A stretch of DNA of 64,000 nt from Dehalococcoidia bacterium. GTDB taxonomy: Bacteria; Chloroflexota; Dehalococcoidia; Lucifugimonadales; UBA1123. The position numbers were made by a program, and so were the translations under genes. Within the stretch, counting starts at the first letter, position 1, and each line of letters starts with the position of its first letter. The stretch covers positions 1,580,753-1,644,752 of the forward strand of contig OZ220693.1 of assembly GCA_965116415.1 (NCBI GenBank), in the 5' to 3' direction. Of this stretch, positions 1 to 8,605 are shown piece after piece. The notes beneath the pieces are model-generated. The model ran no database searches. It was not told where the DNA came from and saw nothing but the letters and a program-made list of their open reading frames with translations.

Positions 1-1385
1 GATCATCTGTCGTTAGTGGCACACCTTATGCGCAGGGCCGGGTTCGGAGCCACCCGGGACGAACTTGAACGTCGTCTCGCCGCGGGCTACGAAGCGACGG
101 TCGAGGACCTGTTACACCCAGAGTCGTACGAACCGCTCGACTTCTACGACTTCCTTCGCTACCTGCCCCTGCAGTGGAAGCCGGACACCCTGAACGGCAT
201 GGGACAGTCCGGATGGGTGTGGCGCATGATCAACACGAAGGCGCCGCTCCAGGAGAAGATGTGCCTGTTCTGGCACCAGATATTCGCCACCGGAGTCTCG
301 AAGGTCGATCACTACGACGAGGTCGTGGACATGATCGACGTCTTCAGAGAGAAGGGACTCGGTAAGTACCGCGAACTGCTGCTGGACATTGCACGCAATC
401 CCGCGATGCTGTACTGGCTCGACAACCACGAGAACCACGCCACAGCGGTCAACGAGAACTGGGGTCGCGAGCTTCTCGAGCTGTTCACCATGGGCGTCGG
501 CAACTACACCGAGGAAGACGTGTACGAGTGTTCCCGCGCCTTCACAGGCTGGACGATCAGCCCGAAGCTGCCCAGGTATCACATGGGACGGTGGGACTGG
601 CACTTCGAGTACCGTCCCGACGACCACGACGAGGGCGAGAAGACTTTCCTCGGCCATACTGGAAACTTCAACGGTGAGGACATCATCGACATCGCGCTTG
701 CACAGCCCGCGACGGCGAGGTTCATCGCACGTCATCTTTACGGCTTCTTCGTTGCTGACGAGGTGCAGGTACCAGCGTGGCAGGTGACGCCTCCGCGCGA
801 TCCTGAGGCCATCGAGGTCATCGCCAATGCGCTGACCGAATCAGACTTCGATATGCGCCATACGCTGCGGGTGCTGTTCAACTCCGACTTCTTCAAGGAG
901 ACCCGCTTCACGAAGGTCAAGAACCCGACTGAGGTCGTCGTCAGCGCGCTCAGGATGGTCGGCGGCGCTGAGCTCCCAAGCCTGGACGTGTACGACTACT
1001 GCAACCAGATCACGTACATGGGGCAGGACCTGCTCAATCCGCCAAGCGTGGAGGGATGGCACTACGGCGCAGAGTGGATCAACAGCAGCTCGCTGATGAA
1101 GCGCGCCAACTTCGTTGCCGACATTGTCGGCGAGACCGACCCGGTGTCCGCGACATCATCGAGCGGGTTAGAGCGTCCGGCGCGTCGCCGGAATCGGCTG
1201 TGGACGCCTGTATCGACCTGCTTGGGCCGGTCGCCCTGAATGACGAGACCCGTTTGGAGCTGATCGAGCACGCCCAGGTCTTCGGCGAGTTCGCCTGGGA
1301 CGAGGAGAACGTAGCCAGATCGGCCAAGCGGGTCGCAGAGCTGCTCCAGCTAATAGTTGCCACTAGGGAGTACCAGTTTGCGTGA
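1..1385 (+). pseudogene. DUF1800-family protein, 5' end cut by the window edge, reading frame broken near 1141-1145
   Basis: ORF 16..1239 is collinear with the intact paralog 27786..29189 up to MKRANFVAD. The conserved C-terminus (IIERVRASGASPESAVD...LLQLIVATREYQFA) continues in another frame (ORF 1056..1385). Comparison with 28900-28990 suggests loss of 1 nt in a CCCGG(G)T run. Codons 1-15 still match the paralog, so the start lies left of the window. Confidence 0.75.
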
Positions 1386-1462
1386 GTGACAGGGTTCACG
1401 GCCCAGCTGATCGATCTCTTCGGCCCCCATGCAAGCTAGCGCTTCCAGAAGGTATCGACATC

Positions 1463-2473
1463 ATGCTCACCAAGAAAATTGGCAGCCGCGTTTACGACTA
1501 TAGCTACGTCATCGGCGACCCGAACGAGACGCTGGAGCCGATAGCCCTCGCCGTCGGTGAAGAGAACGAACTGTTCGCGATCATCAAGGGCATCCTCGAG
1601 CTCTCACCCAATGTCACCCGGCTCTGGCTGGGCGACGGGCCCGGCGACGAGCGGATCGTCAACGTGATCGGCGACGGATACGGTGATGGTCCGGGGCAGT
1701 TCATCTGGCCGACAGGGGTTGCGCTGGACTCGGAGCGCAACGTCTACGTCACCGACGCCTGGACGGATCGCGTGTCCGTGTTCACCGTGGAGGGAGACTT
1801 CATCCGCTCGTTCGGGTCGCCCGGAGACGGCGACGGGCAGTTCAGGAGGCCCTCGGGTATCGCAATCGACGCGAACGACAACGTTCTGGTCGTCGACGCG
1901 CTCAACGACCGGGTTCAGAAGCTGACGCGAGACGGCAGCTTCATCTCGCAGTGGGGCTCCACAGGGTCAGGTGACGGAGAGTTCCTGTCGCCCTGGGGCA
2001 TCACGACCGACGTCTACGGCTATGTGTACGTCGCCGACTACAAGAACCACCGTATTCAGAAGTTCGACGGCGACGGCGGGTTCGTGTTCGCGCTTGGGAG
2101 TCGCGGCAGCGGCGACTACGAGTTCGATCACCCGTCGGACGTGGCAGTCGACCCGGACGGGGACATCTACGTCTGCGACTGGGCGAACAGCCGGGTGCAG
2201 GCGTACGACTCCGACGGGAAGTACATCACCACGTTTATCGGCGACGCCTACGAGCTGTCGAAGTGGCAGACGGATTTCGTGCGGGCCAATCCAGACGTTC
2301 ACAAGGCGCGGAGGCGGGTGTACTCGCTGGATCCCGAGAAGCGCTTCGCGCTGCCGATGGGAGTCGCGTTCGACCCGCACGGGTCGAGGCTGATGGTCGC
2401 AGACACTCAACGTTGGCGAATCCAGATCTACAACAAGGTTCTGGACTACAGCGAGCCGCAGTTCAATATTTGA
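1463..2473 (+). CDS. NHL-repeat six-bladed beta-propeller protein (paralog of 29374..30381)
   Basis: Repeated NHL-type units (GQFxxPxGIAxDxxxNVYVxDxxNxRVQKF). The ATG at 1463 (MLTKKIGSRVYDYSYV) aligns with the paralog start MMLTKIVGERVYDFSHV. Both share the C-terminus QRWRIQIYNK..PQFNI. Confidence 0.85.
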   Translation: MLTKKIGSRVYDYSYVIGDPNETLEPIALAVGEENELFAIIKGILELSPNVTRLWLGDGPGDERIVNVIGDGYGDGPGQFIWPTGVALDSERNVYVTDAWTDRVSVFTVEGDFIRSFGSPGDGDGQFRRPSGIAIDANDNVLVVDALNDRVQKLTRDGSFISQWGSTGSGDGEFLSPWGITTDVYGYVYVADYKNHRIQKFDGDGGFVFALGSRGSGDYEFDHPSDVAVDPDGDIYVCDWANSRVQAYDSDGKYITTFIGDAYELSKWQTDFVRANPDVHKARRRVYSLDPEKRFALPMGVAFDPHGSRLMVADTQRWRIQIYNKVLDYSEPQFNI

Positions 2474-2568
2474 GGGGGGGGGCACGCCGCCCATTCTGCG
2501 AACTCAGGCGCTCGTGACGCTTCAAGACACCACCAGCGGAGTTGGTCCCTTTCACGCGGACTGATGGA

Positions 2569-2590
2569 GGCCATCACACGTGTGATGGCC
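2569..2590. promoter_or_regulatory. Perfect 22-bp palindrome GGCCATCACACGTGTGATGGCC, candidate operator or hairpin
   Basis: Read directly. It lies about 75 bp upstream of the ATG at 2665 and about 96 bp downstream of the NHL gene stop. Confidence 0.4.
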
Positions 2591-2664
2591 TAGTCGGTCC
2601 GTGTAGAGTCTCCGTCGCGTTGCAACGGATTGACATGAGGGTCACACAACGGTATTGTTGTGTT

Positions 2665-3105
2665 ATGGTGCCTGACTTCGACCGATCGGGGCTCCTCCCT
2701 ACAGGAGTGCACTGGGCCAATTGGGAAGAGCTGTTCCAAAGGTTCGGACACAATCCTTGGAGGTTCCGGCTGCTCTTGGGACTCAGGGCTGCCTTGGAGA
2801 GTCTGAAGAATGCCGGCTGTCGGACTGCATACATTGATGGAAGCTTTGTAACTGACAAGGAATTCCCAAATGACTACGACGCCTGCTGGGAAGAGGAAGG
2901 TGTAGACCCACTGAATCTGGACCCTGTTCTCCTTACGTTCGACCCTGGCCGTATCACTCAGAAGGACAAGTACCTGGGAGAGCTGTTCCCTGCAACAGCT
3001 GTGGCAAATCCAGACGGGTTTTCCTTCCTAGAATTCTTCCAGACTGACAGAGACACGGGGAAGCGCAAAGGGATCGTCGCCATAGACCTGGAGCAACTGA
3101 ATTGA
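2665..3105 (+). CDS. Minimal nucleotidyltransferase-fold protein (Pol-beta superfamily, DUF6932-like)
   Basis: N-terminus MVPDFDRSGLLPTGVHWANWEELFQRFG. The motif IDGSFVTDKEFPNDYDAC fits the hG[GS]x9-13DxD NTase signature. The stop overlaps the start of the downstream HTH gene. The 2542 start is rejected as a GC-rich extension. Confidence 0.65.
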   Translation: MVPDFDRSGLLPTGVHWANWEELFQRFGHNPWRFRLLLGLRAALESLKNAGCRTAYIDGSFVTDKEFPNDYDACWEEEGVDPLNLDPVLLTFDPGRITQKDKYLGELFPATAVANPDGFSFLEFFQTDRDTGKRKGIVAIDLEQLN

Positions 3106-3530
3106 TTAAGAACGAACGTCAGTACCGGATAACCAGGGCACAGGCTGAGCGCTTTGAGCGCACACTTTCAGAACTACGAACTCGAGGGCAGAAGAGCAGT
3201 GATGTGCATCCTCTCATCGCCAAGGCTCAGAAAGAGGCGGTAGAGAGCCAGTTGGCAGACCTTAGAAGCGAACTGCGCGAGTATGAGTCACTAAAGGCCG
3301 GTGAGTTCCCGATAGACGATCTCAAGGTTGTATCCGGGCTGCCATCCATGCTCATCAAGGCGCGGATCTCCCGGGGGATGAGCCAGAAAGACCTCGCCGA
3401 GCGAATAGGTCTCAAGGAGCAGCAGATACAGAGATACGAGGCGACCGACTATTCATCTGCCAGCCTATCGCGGATCAGGGAGGTGGTGAGCGGGTTGTAC
3501 GAGAGTTCGGTGCCTCGGGACGAGGGTTGA
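3102..3530 (+). CDS. XRE-family helix-turn-helix protein with N-terminal helical extension (antitoxin-like)
   Basis: The C-terminal motif MSQKDLAERIGLKEQQIQRYEATDYSSASLSRI is HTH_3-like. It overlaps the upstream gene stop by 4 nt (TTGA), implying translational coupling. Confidence 0.75.
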   Translation: MIKNERQYRITRAQAERFERTLSELRTRGQKSSDVHPLIAKAQKEAVESQLADLRSELREYESLKAGEFPIDDLKVVSGLPSMLIKARISRGMSQKDLAERIGLKEQQIQRYEATDYSSASLSRIREVVSGLYESSVPRDEG

Positions 3531-3593
3531 ATGTCTTCAACGTGCTTTTGCCAATTTCGAAGCTAGCTAAGTCTGTCAGCCACACTCAAAGTT

Positions 3594-3650
3594 ACGATTG
3601 GACGGTACTCAACCTTACAATTGGACGCACCTGAACTCGACAATTGGACG
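3594..3650 (+). repeat. Three direct copies of ACRATTGGACG phased at exactly 23 bp (starts 3594, 3617, 3640)
   Basis: Counted from the sequence: ACGATTGGACG, ACAATTGGACG, ACAATTGGACG, separated by non-conserved 12-bp spacers. Confidence 0.85.
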
Positions 3651-3857
3651 ATTTTCAGAGGATCCCAGGAAGTGGCTTGCTGCTAGGCAATCCTGAAGGG
3701 TGTGGGTGTTGCCTAGAGGCTAGGATCACGGCCTTTTCTTTTCCCCTCACCGCAGCCGTTTCCTTAGCTTGGTTTGGGGTCTGCTTAAATTTACCTGCGT
3801 GATACTACTGGCAAATTGGCGGTGGAGGAGTAACACATTCAATTGGGAGAACGCGGT

Positions 3858-4595
3858 ATGAGCTATTTCGGTTACAGCGATGACTTCAATTTCGATGGGC
3901 ACGATCCTCTGTTCACATTTGATCATGGCCTGAGACACGATTACCTGTCTCAGTTGATATCCATTCGTGCGCTACTCTGGCGTCAACACCACGCTGACGC
4001 TCAGCTTCAAGCGCAGATTGAAAGTATGGAGGGGGTTGCCAGAAACTCCAGAGGAGAGGCTAACGACATTGCTGTTGACCGACACATCGAGTTGATACAT
4101 GACTCAATCTATCAGGATGCAGCGCACAGCATGGCAGCTGTCGGTATGGTGGCGCCGCTACTGGAGTCGATCTTCAAGCACGTCTTTGAACAGCTGGGAA
4201 GGAAGAAGCCAGAAGGATGGCTAGCGAAGAAGATAATGACGATGGTTGATGACGAGAGTCTAGATATGAGGGAATACATGCCGAAGGACCTCAATCTGAC
4301 TTTGGAAGCCCTATTTTTGTACCGAAACAAGATGTTTCACCACGGCCTCGAGTGGCCCCAGACTCAGCGTGAGGCGTTTGCGGACCGTCTACCGGACTGG
4401 CCAGAAGGCTGGTTTTTAAGCTCGACTTCAGATGGAGAACCGTGGATGTTCTACATGTCTGGGGAGTTCATCTCCCACTGCCTCGACACAGTTGAGGATG
4501 TCCTCAGAGGTCTCATCAGATTTCAACTAGGTCCTGGACGTGAAATCTGGAAGTACCCTTGGGAAGCACGAGACTCTACCGACACCCTCCAATGA
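3858..4595 (+). CDS. Hypothetical protein with HEPN-like Rx4H motif (LFLYRNKMFHHGLEW)
   Basis: ATG at 3858 is preceded by GGGAGA. The protein looks helical and carries a single RNKMFH motif in its C-terminal half. GC is visibly lower than in the flanks. Confidence 0.5.
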   Translation: MSYFGYSDDFNFDGHDPLFTFDHGLRHDYLSQLISIRALLWRQHHADAQLQAQIESMEGVARNSRGEANDIAVDRHIELIHDSIYQDAAHSMAAVGMVAPLLESIFKHVFEQLGRKKPEGWLAKKIMTMVDDESLDMREYMPKDLNLTLEALFLYRNKMFHHGLEWPQTQREAFADRLPDWPEGWFLSSTSDGEPWMFYMSGEFISHCLDTVEDVLRGLIRFQLGPGREIWKYPWEARDSTDTLQ

Positions 4596-4825
4596 ATGGT
4601 AGAAAGTCCGCAGACCCGTGGTAGTCGACACTCAATGACGATCGACGAGATTGGTCCGACAATCGCACATCTCTCAAAGAATCGGCAGACAACCCATTTG
4701 GTCTCGTTAAATCACCTTGCGGGGCGGGCTGGGTGAGAATCAATAATGCCCTTTCAGAGTCACGAGCAAAGTAGAATAAATCGAGTGAACGTGACTGGCA
4801 TGAGTGTCTGGCCGAGTGCAACCTT

Positions 4826-4905
4826 GCAATTGGACGCATATGAACGTTACGATTGGACGGTATATTACTCGACAATTGGACGCATAGCAGCCCGACAATC
4901 GGACG
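4826..4905 (+). repeat. Four direct copies of the same 11-bp motif phased at 23 bp (starts 4826, 4849, 4872, 4895), ending at the ATPase ATG
   Basis: GCAATTGGACG, ACGATTGGACG, ACAATTGGACG, ACAATCGGACG. The flanks of individual units match units of the 3594 cluster but in a different order. Confidence 0.85.
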
Positions 4906-6285
4906 ATGCCAGAACCTACCATCTACCCCAGGTATATCGAGTCGCGACTTGCTGAGGCGCTGGAAGACTCGCCGGTTGTTCTGATTCACGGACCTCGTCA
5001 GTGTGGCAAGACCACTCTCGCACAGACTGTGTGCGCGCCCTCCCAACTGACTTGGGGAGGAGAAGCCATTACTTGGCGAGAAACCCCTTTAAGCTTCCTG
5101 TCAAGCTCCACTCGGGATTACGAGTACGTAAGCTTCGACGATGACAACCTCAGGGCAGGGGCGCAGACTGATCCCATGGGGTTTGTGTATGACCTGCCTG
5201 AGCGCGTCATTCTGGACGAGGTCCAGCGAGTTCCTGAACTGTTCACTGCACTGAAGCTGGAGGTAGACCGCCGCCGGATGCCGGGCCGGTTCGTGCTGAC
5301 CGGATCATCCAACATATTGCTCATCCCGAAACTGGCCGACTCTCTAGCAGGCCGGATGGAAGTCGTACGTCTCCACCCTCTTGGACAGGACGAAATACAG
5401 GGGAGCTTCCCCAGGCCAGAGCCTCTGATTGTCGCTTCTGATCCTCGCTCAGGGTTTATCGATGCTCTGTTCAGTGGGAGATTCCGAACAAGCCACTCAG
5501 AGCGGCTCGGCAAACAACTTTACGAGCGCATTGTGGCTGGCGGGTTTCCTCCAGCCATAGCCCGACAAACGGGTCGCCGACGTGCCTCATGGTACCGAGA
5601 CTACGCCAAGGCCCACGTTCAGCGAGACGTTCAGGATCTAGCACGAATCAAGGGACTGGACGTTCTGCCTGACCTGCTCAATGCTACTGCATCTCAGACG
5701 GCGAGGCTATACAACCTCACTGACCTCTCTTCACCGTTCCAGCAGTCGCGGCAGACTATCGGGGACTACGTGACTCTTCTTGAGAGGGTGTTTCTGATCG
5801 AGCGACTGAGACCGTGGTACAACAACAGACTCAACCGACTGGTGAAGACACCGAAACTGCACATTGGAGACACCGGACTCGGCTGCGCTGTGCTGGGACT
5901 GGACGAACGTGGGCTGGCTGCCAACCGCGAAGTGCTGGGCCAGATGCTTGAGACCTTCGTGTACCAGGAGCTGCGACGGCAGGCTAGCTGGAATCCCAAT
6001 CCCGTCTCGTTCTTCCACTATCGGGACAAGGACCAGATCGAGGTGGACATCGTAGTCGAACGGGGGCCGAATGCTGTTGCCGGCGTGGAGGTGAAAGCTG
6101 GAGCTACGGTGAGACCTTCGGACTTCAGAGGGCTGCGTAGGCTGAAGAAGGTCGTTGGAGATCGATTTACTGCGGGAGTTGTTCTGTACGATGGCGAGAC
6201 CGCAGTGAGCTTCGGTGATGGGCTTTACGCCATTCCCATCCGCCAGATATGGGAGACGCCTTTCGCAACCGGCGTGGAGCGTTAG
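4906..6285 (+). CDS. AAA+ ATPase of the AAA_14/DUF4143 type
   Basis: Walker A GPRQCGKTTL and Walker B VILDEVQRVPELF. The C-terminal region is typical of DUF4143 ATPases (FHYRDKDQIEVDIVVE). Confidence 0.85.
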   Translation: MPEPTIYPRYIESRLAEALEDSPVVLIHGPRQCGKTTLAQTVCAPSQLTWGGEAITWRETPLSFLSSSTRDYEYVSFDDDNLRAGAQTDPMGFVYDLPERVILDEVQRVPELFTALKLEVDRRRMPGRFVLTGSSNILLIPKLADSLAGRMEVVRLHPLGQDEIQGSFPRPEPLIVASDPRSGFIDALFSGRFRTSHSERLGKQLYERIVAGGFPPAIARQTGRRRASWYRDYAKAHVQRDVQDLARIKGLDVLPDLLNATASQTARLYNLTDLSSPFQQSRQTIGDYVTLLERVFLIERLRPWYNNRLNRLVKTPKLHIGDTGLGCAVLGLDERGLAANREVLGQMLETFVYQELRRQASWNPNPVSFFHYRDKDQIEVDIVVERGPNAVAGVEVKAGATVRPSDFRGLRRLKKVVGDRFTAGVVLYDGETAVSFGDGLYAIPIRQIWETPFATGVER

Positions 6286-7172
6286 AGGCCAGTAGCTGTG
6301 TCGCGGGGGTCTTCGAGTTCTTCGGGGGTGATGATCACGGAGCGGGCTTCTATGGCGCCGTTCTCGGCGGCGGGGCCTGCTGCTCTGACCTGCATTCCGA
6401 CCTCAAGGTCGGTGAAGGCTCCCTCGCGTGTTTCGAGGATGACGGAGTCGTCGTCTATGGTTATCGGGAGTGAGCCCTGCTGGGTTTCGAGAGTGAATCC
6501 GGAGTCGGTTGCGCCTGTGACGGCGCCGAAGAGGCCGCCGCGTCCACCGGGAGCTCCCTGCCCGCCGCCAAGCCTTCCCAGTCCGGCGCCTCGGAAGCCT
6601 GTCTGACCCTCGGGAATGATGGTTATGGCCCTCGCGATGGTCTTTCCATCCTGGCGTTCGCTGACTACCATGACCTGGGTGTCGTCGGTCAGGGCCGTTG
6701 GTTCGAGGGCCGACGTGATTCTGATGATGGTGTCCGCTCCGACGTTTACTGAGACTGAGGCGAGGTCTGTCGCAACTGTGATGGTATTCTCTCCGATGCT
6801 CTCGATGGAGCCTGCTACCTGGCTGCCTCCGGGTCCGCCGGGGCCGTCGCCGAACTGTGATCTGATCCTCTGGAACGCCTGGCGGGCCTCCTCTTCGGTC
6901 AGTTGGCCGCTCTGAAGTCGCTGTCTTAGCTCCTGGATCTCTTCCTGGGTCATCGGCGCCTGCTCGCTGTCCGCGCCAGCACCCTGGGTTGTCTGTGCCT
7001 GGGTGACGACTGGCGGTGAGGTGGGCTGTGGCTCAGCCTGGGAGCGCGTGGGGGTTGGGAACTGGGACATATCGGCGACCTGGGCGGTGGTGGGGCTGGC
7101 TTCCTGTTCAGAGGAGCTGCACGCGACGGCTAGGAGGAGAAGGATGGCCAACCCTGTGAAGATGACCAGCAT
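6282..7172 (-). CDS. Secreted lipoprotein, low-complexity, function unknown
   Basis: Start chosen at MLVIFTGLAILLLLAVAC (lipobox LAVAC). It has Pro/Gln/Gly-rich linkers and is the last gene of the HlyD-permease operon on the minus strand. Confidence 0.6.
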   Translation of the reverse strand: MLVIFTGLAILLLLAVACSSSEQEASPTTAQVADMSQFPTPTRSQAEPQPTSPPVVTQAQTTQGAGADSEQAPMTQEEIQELRQRLQSGQLTEEEARQAFQRIRSQFGDGPGGPGGSQVAGSIESIGENTITVATDLASVSVNVGADTIIRITSALEPTALTDDTQVMVVSERQDGKTIARAITIIPEGQTGFRGAGLGRLGGGQGAPGGRGGLFGAVTGATDSGFTLETQQGSLPITIDDDSVILETREGAFTDLEVGMQVRAAGPAAENGAIEARSVIITPEELEDPRDTATGL

Positions 7173-7301
7173 TGTCTTCAATTGATTCTCGCTTTCTGTG
7201 GATTCCCGCTTTCGGAGACCTTTGCATGACATCGTCGTTCCGGCGGAGCCCGGAACCCAGAGGTGTGTGGTAAGTACCCGGTAGCTTGGACGAATGACCT
7301 T

Positions 7302-7340
7302 TTCACCCTCACCCTAGCCCTCTCCCTCAGGGAGAGGGGA
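7302..7340 (+). repeat. REP-like element, family A (TTCACCCTCACCC-N-CCCTCTCCC loop GGGAGAGGG)
   Basis: Stem CCCTCTCCC 7318-7326 pairs with GGGAGAGGG 7330-7338. Same consensus as the other family A copies listed. Confidence 0.85.
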
Positions 7341-7372
7341 TTTTGGAAGGATTTGCACTCGCTGGACTTGCG

Positions 7373-8584
7373 TCATTCGTATCTCAGGGCGTCTATTGGG
7401 TGGAGGCCGGAGGCTCTGGCGGCTGGGTAGATGCCGAAGAACAGGCCGATTCCGGCGGATACGGCCAGTGCGAGGATGGCGAACTCGAGGCTGAAGCTTG
7501 TCGTGAAGGTCTGGTTGCCCAGTGAGCGTCCGTCTACAAGGTTGGTCATTGCGAAGCCGAGGGCCGCTCCGAGGAGGCCGCCTCCGATGCTCAGGACCGT
7601 CGCCTCTGCCACGAACTGGAAGAGGATGTCACTGCGCTTCGCGCCCATCGTCTTGCGGATGCCGATCTCGCGGGTGCGCTCGGTGACAGACACGAGCATG
7701 ATGTTCATTATGCCGATACCGCCCACGAGCAGGGAGATGCCTGCGATCACGCCGAGGAAGACGACGAGCGTGTTCGTGGTCTCTTCAAGGGTCTCAATAG
7801 TGCTCTGCTGGCTGATGACTGTGAAGTCGTCCTCGCCGGTTATGCGGTGGCGCAGTCTGAGCACACCACTGGCCTCCTCGATGCTGCGGTCGACATCGTC
7901 GACGCTCCTGACCTGGACGTTGATGAGGCTTACGGAGACGTCGCCGGCAGAGGTGCGGTCTCCACTGAGCCGGTAGTAGGCTGTGGTGATGGGTATCAAC
8001 ACCTGGGTGTCGAACGTTCCGAATCCGGTTCCGCCCTGGCTAGCGAGCAGCCCTATCACCCTGAACCTACGTCCGTTTACTCGGACGTAGTCGCCTACCG
8101 GGTCACGGTTCTGGAAGAGCTGTTCTGCTACGTTGGCGCCCAGAACGATGACCTCGTCGCGGTTGTCGACGTGGGCAAACCTGATGAACATGCCACTGGC
8201 AAGGTCCAGGCTCCGTGCGCCGAGGTACTCGGGGGTCACGCCGACCACCTGGGCCGTGGTGTTCTCGCGGCCTGCGGCGAGGGTCGCAAAGCTGCGGATT
8301 TCAGGTGCGGCGGCAAGTATGGTCGGGGCGTAGACTGGGTCGACCAGAGCGTTGGCGTCGCCGAGCGTAAGCTGCGCATCGTCCCCCTCAGGCTGTACGA
8401 ACAGGAGGTTGGTGCCCAGACCCTGGATGATCCCCGTGATCTGCTGGGTTGCGCCGCGACCGATCGACATGAGCGTGATCACGGCGGTCACACCTATGAC
8501 GATACCCAGCAGCGCGAGGCCGGCGCGGAGCTTGTTGGCCTCTAGTGAGGCGATGGCTGTCCTTATGGTCTGTAGTGGTGACAT
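7373..8584 (-). CDS. ABC transporter permease, MacB/FtsX family
   Basis: N-terminal TM, a large periplasmic domain and a C-terminal FtsX-like 3-TM block (ERTREIGIRKTMGA motif). Confidence 0.85.
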   Translation of the reverse strand: MSPLQTIRTAIASLEANKLRAGLALLGIVIGVTAVITLMSIGRGATQQITGIIQGLGTNLLFVQPEGDDAQLTLGDANALVDPVYAPTILAAAPEIRSFATLAAGRENTTAQVVGVTPEYLGARSLDLASGMFIRFAHVDNRDEVIVLGANVAEQLFQNRDPVGDYVRVNGRRFRVIGLLASQGGTGFGTFDTQVLIPITTAYYRLSGDRTSAGDVSVSLINVQVRSVDDVDRSIEEASGVLRLRHRITGEDDFTVISQQSTIETLEETTNTLVVFLGVIAGISLLVGGIGIMNIMLVSVTERTREIGIRKTMGAKRSDILFQFVAEATVLSIGGGLLGAALGFAMTNLVDGRSLGNQTFTTSFSLEFAILALAVSAGIGLFFGIYPAARASGLHPIDALRYE

Positions 8585-8605
8585 TGGCAGATTAGGGCTG
8601 GCCGA

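Noticed and set aside
112-735. Long antisense ORFs opposite real genes. Examples: 112..735, 27810..28661, 34782..35558, 38407..39048, 41881..42600, 43241..43855, 54189..55241, 7847..8545.
   Set aside because: Their translations are Arg/Pro/Gly/Val-rich with no motifs, and the opposite strand carries clearly recognisable proteins. This is the typical GC-rich shadow-ORF effect.
1056-1385. DUF1800 copy 1 break as selenocysteine or programmed frameshift
   Set aside because: The two parts are in different frames, so this is not an in-frame UGA. The break maps to a short G/C run without a slippery heptamer.
3594-4905. The 23-bp-phased repeats as a CRISPR array
   Set aside because: The conserved unit is only 11 bp with 12-bp spacers. 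There are two clusters of 3-4 units, no cas genes and no repeat palindromicity.
4576-5046. Minus-strand ORF 4576..5046 and the small ORFs 4740..4955 across the repeat cluster
   Set aside because: They overlap the repeat array and the start of the ATPase gene, and have no motif or SD.
7173-7232. Upstream extension MSCKGLRKRESTESENQLKT of the lipoprotein ORF
   Set aside because: It covers a degenerate family C REP half-site. The signal peptide begins at the internal Met (7172).
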